NCBI RefSeq assembly: GCF_000621645.1
Contig: NZ_JHXR01000002.1
Span: 323,446 to 355,445 of the forward strand
Length of the DNA stretch: 32,000 nucleotides
Origin: Vibrio cholerae ATCC 14035
GTDB lineage: Bacteria; Pseudomonadota; Gammaproteobacteria; Enterobacterales; Vibrionaceae
Direction: 5' to 3'
Under the pieces are notes generated by a model, which saw nothing but the letters and a program-made list of their open reading frames with translations, did no database searches and was not told the DNA's origin. Position numbers and translations under genes: made by a program. Shown piece by piece: positions 1 through 6,625 of the stretch. How positions within the stretch are numbered: position 1 is the stretch's first letter; every line of letters begins with the position of its first letter.

Positions 1-56
1 AACACCGCGACAACGTTAAGCAGGAAGGGGATAAAGCCACATGATAAGTTAGGACG

Positions 57-1472
57 TTATTCGCAATTGCGAAAACGAACAACAAAGGTATTACGCTCAT
101 CAGTACGTGGCAGCAAGAGCACTTGACCGCCATGAAGCGCTGCAATATCACGACAGATCGACATGCCAAGCCCTGCGCCATCGCCTTTTTGGCTGTTGGC
201 ACGGTAGAAGTTATCAAACATTTTTTCACGAGTCAGATCGTCAATCGCGGCCCCAGTATCCGACACACGCACTTCAATCTCACCATCGTGGTCGCTAAGC
301 TCTACCGCTATCTGGCTAGAGTGGCCGGAATAACGAATGGCATTATCCAGCAGATTTTTAAATAAAATGCCCAGGAGTAACTCATCTCCCCATAAACGCG
401 AACTTTCGCCATGAAAACTCAGCTGCTGATCCTGCTTAAAAGCGATAGGTGCTAAATCCGCTATCACTTGTTTAATGACGTTTGCCAGCTCAACCGGCTG
501 TTTCCTTAAGGTTTGTGTACTTTCTACTTTGGCCAGCATTAAGAGCTGATGAATCAATCTATCGGTGCGCTCTATACCTTTGAAAATACGTTCTAAATCT
601 TGCTTTAACTGTTCCTGATTGGTGCTACGCAGGGCATTTTCGGCATTCACTCTTAAAACGGTCAGCGGGGTTTTTAACTCATGTGCCGCCATTCGAGTAA
701 AACGTTTCTCACGCTGCCATGCTTGCTCTAGCTCATTGAGCAGTTGATTCAACGTCTCCACCAAAGGCAAAAGTTCCACCGTAGGTTTTTCGACATAAAT
801 TCGATCTAGCTTATGGATGCTGCGCAGAGCAATCGCTGCTTTCAGCGCTTGGATTGGCTGAAAGCTACGTTCAATCAGCACCACCAAAACCACAATCAAG
901 CACAGAATTAAAATTAATTGCGGAAGTGCGGTGGATAAGGCGATCTCATTAATCGCTTCATCACGAATGCTTTGCTTTTCTGCAACCAAAACATACTGTT
1001 TACCCTTTTCTTGATCAGGGAGACTCAACTGGAAATAACGCCAGCTTTCGCCGTTGAGCGTGATATCACTAAAACCATTCGCATCACGGCCAAGACTCAG
1101 CGCAGGCAAATGAGTATCAGAGCTAAAGAGAAGATCGCCCTCTCGATAAAACTGGAATAATAAATACTGTTCATACGGGTGGCCAAAGAGCGTGGCGACA
1201 TCATCGTTGGCTTTGGAAAGGCGCTGAATATGCTGCATCCACAGATTGAACTGCTCATGCTGATTACGATCTGCAAATTCATTGGCCGAAACAGAAGTGG
1301 CGATCAGTAATAATTTGGCGGACTGCCCAAGACGGGCATCGTACACTTCTCCCACTTCATGTTGGGCGTTGGAATAACTGAACCCAAACGAGACCAGCAT
1401 CAAACCGGTACTCAGCAAAACAGAAGTCAGGGTAAGTCGGCGTTTAATGGAAAAGAGAGGTTTATTTTTCAA
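57..1472 (-). CDS. Sensor histidine kinase, QseC/PmrB-like (N-terminal TM, periplasmic loop, second TM, HisKA + HATPase_c)
   Basis: 471-aa ORF. H-box MAAHELKTPLT, N-box LLDNAIRYS, G-boxes SDTGAAI and GAGLGMSI. Hydrophobic segments LTLTSVLLSTGLMLVSFGF and LPQLILILCLIVVLVVLI. Its start overlaps the stop of the upstream response regulator by 11 nt. Confidence 0.9.
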   Translation of the reverse strand: MKNKPLFSIKRRLTLTSVLLSTGLMLVSFGFSYSNAQHEVGEVYDARLGQSAKLLLIATSVSANEFADRNQHEQFNLWMQHIQRLSKANDDVATLFGHPYEQYLLFQFYREGDLLFSSDTHLPALSLGRDANGFSDITLNGESWRYFQLSLPDQEKGKQYVLVAEKQSIRDEAINEIALSTALPQLILILCLIVVLVVLIERSFQPIQALKAAIALRSIHKLDRIYVEKPTVELLPLVETLNQLLNELEQAWQREKRFTRMAAHELKTPLTVLRVNAENALRSTNQEQLKQDLERIFKGIERTDRLIHQLLMLAKVESTQTLRKQPVELANVIKQVIADLAPIAFKQDQQLSFHGESSRLWGDELLLGILFKNLLDNAIRYSGHSSQIAVELSDHDGEIEVRVSDTGAAIDDLTREKMFDNFYRANSQKGDGAGLGMSICRDIAALHGGQVLLLPRTDERNTFVVRFRNCE

Positions 1473-2118
1473 TCATGTACCCCACACCTCGTACATTTTT
1501 AACCAGATTATCCGGCAATTTTTTGCGCAGATTATGAATATGTACTTCGATTGCGTTATCACTGCTGCCTTCATCCCAGCCGTGCAGTGCTTGCTGCAAA
1601 AGCTCTTTACTCATCACTCTTCCCGCTTGGGTCATCAAACTGGCGAGGATTTTGTACTCATTTCGCGTTAATTTCAGAGCTTGCTGAGCGTAGTAGATTT
1701 CTTGTTTAGAGAGCGAAAGGTCAAGTTCCCCAACGGAGATGAGCTCCTCTGCGCTCCCTGAGCTACGACGAATGATCAAGCGTAAACGTGCGAGCAGCTC
1801 TTCGAGCGCAAACGGCTTACCTATGTACTCATCTGCACCGCCATCCAACCCTTTGACCCGATCACTGATATCATCCCGTGCCGTGAGTATCATGACAGGC
1901 AATGTATAACCCGCTCGCCGAATTTGGCGCAGGACTTCCAAGCCATCCATATCTGGCAAGGTGAGGTCCAAAATCAGTGCCGTAAATTGCTCGGTTTTCA
2001 GGGCGGTCACGACGCCACCACCCCGCTCCAGCCAGTCAACCGTATAGCCTTGTCGGCTTAACGCTACTTGCATTGATTCACCGAGCAACGTGTCATCTTC
2101 AACTAATAGTAAACGCAT
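1462..2118 (-). CDS. OmpR-family response regulator, QseB/PmrA(BasR)-like
   Basis: The track ORF is 1462..2295, but the receiver domain begins at MRLLLVEDD (ATG at 2118, 4 nt after the upstream stop). Motifs: ILDLTLPDMDG, LTARD, GADEYIGKPF, and winged helix EVHIHNLRKKL...GVGYMIEK. The upstream 59 codons overlap the TPR gene. Confidence 0.9.
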   Translation of the reverse strand: MRLLLVEDDTLLGESMQVALSRQGYTVDWLERGGGVVTALKTEQFTALILDLTLPDMDGLEVLRQIRRAGYTLPVMILTARDDISDRVKGLDGGADEYIGKPFALEELLARLRLIIRRSSGSAEELISVGELDLSLSKQEIYYAQQALKLTRNEYKILASLMTQAGRVMSKELLQQALHGWDEGSSDNAIEVHIHNLRKKLPDNLVKNVRGVGYMIEK

Positions 2119-2122
2119 AAGG

Positions 2123-2755
2123 TTACTTGATGCTCTCCAATAAGTGCGCAATCTCTTCCTGACGTCCCGCATCCGCAATTTCTCGTTTCGGTCTTGCGGG
2201 TGCATGCTGAGCTTGCAGTAAATAGCGCTTTGCCTCTGCGCTACGGCCTTCTTGTAGCAAAAAATCTCCGTAGAAATAGTTGGCATCAATGCCATTGGGA
2301 TTCACGGTCAAGGCTTGTTTAAGCAGCTGCTCTGCTTTTTCTTTATCCCCAAAGGCGACAGGCCAACCCGGCACTTTATAGTATAGCGTGCCCAAACTGG
2401 TCAACGCGGAGCCTTCCAGAGTATTTGGCGCTTGCGCGATGACCTCTTCAAATAAACTTTTGGCCTCTTTCACCAGCGATAAAGCCCCCAATCCGCCCCT
2501 CACTCCCGCTAAAGAAGATTGGTTGATGGCCAGCCACACTTTCAACTCGGGGTTATCGCCCGAAATCGTTAACTCCAGTCGATTACGCGCGATCGTGCGT
2601 TCAAAACAGCGCTCTTGCTCCTTAGCAGAAGCGGTACGGTATTGGCATTTTGCCCAATCCGTTTGCACTTGTTCTAAAGGCGTAATCGCGTAACTTGAGT
2701 GGGCATACCCGAGCAACAGTGCGCTAAGACTCATCCATTTAAGCATAATGTTCAT
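2123..2755 (-). CDS. Secreted TPR-like repeat protein, function unknown
   Basis: ATG at 2755 is preceded by AAGGAG. Signal peptide MNIMLKWMSLSALLLGYAHSSYA. The C-terminal half has TPR-like helical repeats (AEQLLKQALTVNPNGIDANYFYGDFLLQEGRSAEAKRYL). The stop lies 4 nt before the RR start. Confidence 0.7.
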   Translation of the reverse strand: MNIMLKWMSLSALLLGYAHSSYAITPLEQVQTDWAKCQYRTASAKEQERCFERTIARNRLELTISGDNPELKVWLAINQSSLAGVRGGLGALSLVKEAKSLFEEVIAQAPNTLEGSALTSLGTLYYKVPGWPVAFGDKEKAEQLLKQALTVNPNGIDANYFYGDFLLQEGRSAEAKRYLLQAQHAPARPKREIADAGRQEEIAHLLESIK

Positions 2756-2782
2756 AAACTCTTCTCCTTGAATTATCACGCT

Positions 2783-3580
2783 TTAGCGATTTAAAAATGA
2801 CAATAAGACGGGTTGTTGCTTTCTAATTGCCCGAGAAACCAAGCTCGGCAGTAGTTGGTTAAGACGCACCAGAAGTTTCTCCGGCCAACCGATCCACATG
2901 ACGTTTTGCTCCGTTTCAATCATTTTGGCCACCTGCGCAGCAACCAAGGAAGGCTCATCACTGCGATTCCCCAGTGCTCGATTGAGCTGTTGAACGGCCT
3001 CACTGTTGAGCGAAGTATTGGTGGCTCGTGGCGCTAAATAGAGCACTTTCATTCCCGTCCCCGCGAGCTCTCGGTTCATCGCTTCGCTAAAACGGTGCAA
3101 TCCCGCTTTCGCGGCACAATAGCTGGCATAGCCCGGATACCCTATCGCCCCGAGACTGGAACCAATATTGATGACCATCTGCGGTTTACGGCTCCATTGC
3201 AAAACATGGTGCATGATTTGGATTGGCGTCATTAAATTCAGAGCTAACTCACGCTGCACCGACTCCATCGAACGACGCGCCAACAAACAGAACTGATTGG
3301 TCCCTGCATTATTGATCACGACGGCGATGCGCTGCTGGGCGCGGTTTAATTCTTCCACCAAAGCCTGCAGTTGCTCCATTCCCGCTTCACTGGTTAAATC
3401 TGCGCTCACAACCCGATGCAGCTCAGGCTTGGGGAGTGATTGACGCAATGCTTCAAGTTTTTGCGCATCACGCGCTAACAAGATTAACCGCGCACCACGC
3501 GCCGCTAAAGTATGGGCGATAGGCTCGCCAATGCCACCTGAAGCGCCCGTTAACAACACATATTGTTGATGAATGTCCAT
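2783..3580 (-). CDS. Short-chain dehydrogenase/reductase (classical SDR)
   Basis: 265 aa. TGASGGIG cofactor motif, NNAG, and catalytic YCAAK (YxxxK). AGGAGG RBS lies in the 9-nt gap after the upstream stop. Confidence 0.9.
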   Translation of the reverse strand: MDIHQQYVLLTGASGGIGEPIAHTLAARGARLILLARDAQKLEALRQSLPKPELHRVVSADLTSEAGMEQLQALVEELNRAQQRIAVVINNAGTNQFCLLARRSMESVQRELALNLMTPIQIMHHVLQWSRKPQMVINIGSSLGAIGYPGYASYCAAKAGLHRFSEAMNRELAGTGMKVLYLAPRATNTSLNSEAVQQLNRALGNRSDEPSLVAAQVAKMIETEQNVMWIGWPEKLLVRLNQLLPSLVSRAIRKQQPVLLSFLNR

Positions 3581-3589
3581 AAACGCCTC

Positions 3590-4273
3590 CTAAGCTGCCT
3601 GTTGCTGGGTCTGGGGCAGTAATTCACGCAACATCTGCCCATACAGATAAAACACCTGATTCGCCGAGTGGATAATCGCTTGCTGATCCTCTTCCGCGGT
3701 AATTTTGTCCATTAAGGATTCGAAGAAGCGAATGTGGTCTTGATCCAGTTCACTGTGTGAGGTGAGATAGCTCATGGCTTTAGCAGGTAAATTGAGCTGC
3801 TGTTTGACCAAGCGCGCTATGTTGCCGCCCACGCCCACACTCGTCCCTTCGAGCACCCAGACCATACCAAACAACGCGAGCGGATTGGCGCGATCAATCT
3901 GGTGGTAAAGATAAGCGACCATCAATTCAATCGGTGTACTGACTTGCCCCACCCCTTGGTTATTTCGCACCGCTTGAGCATCACCACCACAAACTCGAAT
4001 ATCATTGAGGATCCATTCTTGGTGACCTTTCTCCTCATCGATATAGTCGGCAATGGCAATGCGCACCCACTCATAACGATCACTCAATCGTCCCCCACAC
4101 GCCATTAACAGTGGTACGGTATGTTTGACGTGATGGTAGGCTTGGGTCAAAAAGCTTAAGTACATGTCAAGCGTGATCTCGCCGCGAGCACAAGCTGCAA
4201 ATACTGGAGCTTGTAACATCTGTTGCTGAGCCGCTTGCGTCTCTTTTTGTAAACGTTGAAAAAATCCTGTCAT
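3590..4273 (-). CDS. Heme-oxygenase-like fold protein (iron-containing redox enzyme / HDO-type candidate)
   Basis: The most likely start is MTGFFQRLQ (ATG 4273, GAGGAG RBS); the track ORF extends to 4300. All-helical composition. Carboxylate/His motifs YHHVKH, DYIDEEKGHQEW and HSELDQDH resemble the metal-ligand helices of heme-oxygenase-like diiron enzymes. Confidence 0.65.
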   Translation of the reverse strand: MTGFFQRLQKETQAAQQQMLQAPVFAACARGEITLDMYLSFLTQAYHHVKHTVPLLMACGGRLSDRYEWVRIAIADYIDEEKGHQEWILNDIRVCGGDAQAVRNNQGVGQVSTPIELMVAYLYHQIDRANPLALFGMVWVLEGTSVGVGGNIARLVKQQLNLPAKAMSYLTSHSELDQDHIRFFESLMDKITAEEDQQAIIHSANQVFYLYGQMLRELLPQTQQQAA

Positions 4274-4315
4274 GAGAGTTCTCCTCATCGTGAGCCTCAA
4301 AGAGGCCCGAACGAC

Positions 4316-5839
4316 TTACCGTGAAATGTCGCCAATACCGCTACCGCTTCTTGCCGGAAGGGGATACAGGTATTGCCAATTGAGGTCGGGCGCATTACGC
4401 ACTCGACGAAAAGTGTGCTGCGCGTTCTCAATCAACGCTCGCTTGGGTCGGCCATTGGCCGTCAACCAAGCCTGCCATGCGCTCGGCTGATTGACGAAAA
4501 GCAGTTGTTGGATCTGTGCGTAGTCGGGTAACTGATGATTTATTTGTTGCACACGTTGCTCCAGATCGGGCATTAGGCGATCAATCACAGCCACTAACCC
4601 CACCTCATCATCGCCGACCACCACGAAACGGCATTGCGGTAACCAAACTTGCGCGTGAGACTCAATCCATTCCGGTGCGATGTTGCGCCCAAACGGAGTA
4701 ATGATGAGATTTTTTTTGCGCCCTACGATACAAAGAAATCCCTGCTCATCGAGTGTCGCCAGATCACCCGTGGCAAGCCATTCGTCGGTCAATGGCTCGC
4801 CGATATAACCCAGCGCACTATTGCCACGAACCCACAATTCACCATCTTCAGCCAATTGGATTTGTAGATGGCTCAGCGGCTTGCCACAACTACCGGGCTG
4901 GTCATGTTGCGGTGTATTCATGCTAACCACCGAAGCGCATTCAGAAAGTCCATAGCCTTCATAAGCAGGAATGCCCAGAGCTCGTGCGCTATGGATAAGT
5001 TCAGCCGCAACGCGCGCGCCCCCTACCGCCACCCATTGCAGCGACTTCGCCAACTCGGGAGCCTGTTTCACCACCTGAATCAGCGCCATCAATAACGCTG
5101 GGGTAAGAACCAAACTGGATGGCTGATAAACGCTCAATACGTTGGCAAACTGAGTGGGAGAAAATTGACTAGAGCCAGACAGCCCTACCGATTCACCAAA
5201 CAGTACGCTTGAAGTCACCCCGAGCAACAAAGGCACGTAAATTCCTGTGATATTTTCCAGCAGCGTGGCGAGCGGCAACATCACCAAATGCTGCTCAACT
5301 TGCGCGCTCATCTGCTCTGCGATGGCCAGCGTAACGCGCTCTAGATTTTCTTCACTCAAACAAACACCTTTCGGGGTGCCTGTTGAGCCAGAGGTGAACG
5401 TGATTTTTTGTGTACCCGCCAAAACGCGATTGGGTCTATTCCTCGGTTTATTGCCCTGATAGTGCCAAGCGTCAAAGCCACCGACTGTCAGTGAAGGCGA
5501 ACCCAACTCAGGCCAATCACCAAGACAGAGTTCAACATTCGCCTCATTCAGTAAATGAGCGACTTGTTCTGATGTAAAAAAGGTCGGGACAGGAACCATA
5601 ACGATGTGTGACCACATCGCGGCTAAATCGAGCGCAACCCAGTCGACACTGTTTTGTGCACGTAATGCGATGCAGTTTGCGGATAACCGCTGCAGCTGAT
5701 TAGCGATCAGGTCGACTCGCTCTAACAGTTGAGAATAATTGAGAGCTATCCTCTCTTGCTGAGCGTTATGGCCAACAAAAGCCATTTTCTGCGGTTGGTG
5801 CAAGGCATGCTGCTGCAGCGCAGCGAGAATTCGATTCAT
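4316..5839 (-). CDS. AMP-dependent synthetase/ligase (adenylate-forming enzyme, acyl-CoA ligase-like)
   Basis: 507 aa. AMP-binding signature ITFTSGSTGTPKGV, plus YGLSE, ATGDLA and GRKKNLII motifs. No carrier or condensation domain is fused. Confidence 0.9.
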   Translation of the reverse strand: MNRILAALQQHALHQPQKMAFVGHNAQQERIALNYSQLLERVDLIANQLQRLSANCIALRAQNSVDWVALDLAAMWSHIVMVPVPTFFTSEQVAHLLNEANVELCLGDWPELGSPSLTVGGFDAWHYQGNKPRNRPNRVLAGTQKITFTSGSTGTPKGVCLSEENLERVTLAIAEQMSAQVEQHLVMLPLATLLENITGIYVPLLLGVTSSVLFGESVGLSGSSQFSPTQFANVLSVYQPSSLVLTPALLMALIQVVKQAPELAKSLQWVAVGGARVAAELIHSARALGIPAYEGYGLSECASVVSMNTPQHDQPGSCGKPLSHLQIQLAEDGELWVRGNSALGYIGEPLTDEWLATGDLATLDEQGFLCIVGRKKNLIITPFGRNIAPEWIESHAQVWLPQCRFVVVGDDEVGLVAVIDRLMPDLEQRVQQINHQLPDYAQIQQLLFVNQPSAWQAWLTANGRPKRALIENAQHTFRRVRNAPDLNWQYLYPLPARSGSGIGDISR

Positions 5840-5849
5840 CTTTCACTAC

Positions 5850-6452
5850 TCACGCTTGCTTTTGATTAAGGTGTAATTGATTGAGATGGGTGCAACCATG
5901 CACTAAATTGCCCGCCAAAATACGCGGACGGTGCTGATAGTAAGTTCCCCAGATTTGAGAAGCATTGGGAATACGAGCTGGAGAAGCTTGGGCAATCAAG
6001 GTGAGTTGCAGGCCAAAACGACGCATCAGGGCATGCAGAGGATCGGTTGCAGTAAAAATGCACCACTCAAACCCCATGGCGACCAACTGCTGTGCCATCA
6101 AACGAAAGTGAAACGCTGAAAGCCCGCGACCAAAAGAAGCAAGATGGCCAAATTCAATCAACTTGCCACGAGGTATCGGACATGCAAAACGTTGTGCAAG
6201 AAGACGATCGGCAGGCTCATCGAGATATTGTTCAAGAAACAGCGGCTCTTGCTCTGCAATCCGGTATCCACAGACAGACTTCATGACCTGTTTATCAAGT
6301 AGCGCTAAATAAGCAGGCATATAAGCGGTGAGGTGGGCATCAAACGCTTGCTGATAGCGCTCATCAACCAGTTTGATCGCCTCATTCCAACGTGGATGCG
6401 TGGGTGTAATGACTTCCAGTGTCAAATCGGCTAGACAAGGTAGAGGTTTCAT
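5850..6452 (-). CDS. dth: Thermostable hemolysin (delta-VPH) family protein, first gene of the operon
   Basis: 200-aa ORF recognised by recall as the Vibrio delta-VPH / delta-thermostable-hemolysin family. No signal peptide and no TM segment. The stop lies 10 nt upstream of the ligase start. Confidence 0.7.
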   Translation of the reverse strand: MKPLPCLADLTLEVITPTHPRWNEAIKLVDERYQQAFDAHLTAYMPAYLALLDKQVMKSVCGYRIAEQEPLFLEQYLDEPADRLLAQRFACPIPRGKLIEFGHLASFGRGLSAFHFRLMAQQLVAMGFEWCIFTATDPLHALMRRFGLQLTLIAQASPARIPNASQIWGTYYQHRPRILAGNLVHGCTHLNQLHLNQKQA

Positions 6453-6499
6453 TGGTGTTTCCCTTTGCTTACTCTGTAAGTCAAAAGTAATCCACCTAA

Positions 6500-6516
6500 C
6501 TTAAGAATCCCTTAAT
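6500..6516. promoter_or_regulatory. PmrA/QseB-type direct repeat CTTAAG-N5-CTTAAT (candidate binding site for the operon-encoded response regulator)
   Basis: Plus-strand CTTAAGaatccCTTAAT fits YTTAAK-N5-YTTAAK and lies 48-64 nt upstream of the dth ATG. A third copy, CTTAAA, is at 6529..6534. No convincing -10/-35 could be placed. Confidence 0.35.
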
Positions 6517-6625
6517 ATACCGAAACGACTTAAATTAGCAGCTCGCCAGCCAATACGTTCATCCTGATGAGCAGAGACAAGTTCGATGCTTGAGGCAAAC
6601 CCACCTAGCCAGCACCGCCGCAACG

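Noticed and set aside
2119-2295. N-terminal 59-codon extension of the response-regulator ORF
   Set aside because: The extension overlaps the 3-prime end of the TPR gene in another frame. The receiver domain begins at MRLLLVEDD, and the shorter start gives canonical operon coupling. Similar upstream extensions were trimmed for malT (to 23963), the potD-like gene (8880), the dehydrogenase (17913), yibL (20832) and the HO-like gene (4273).
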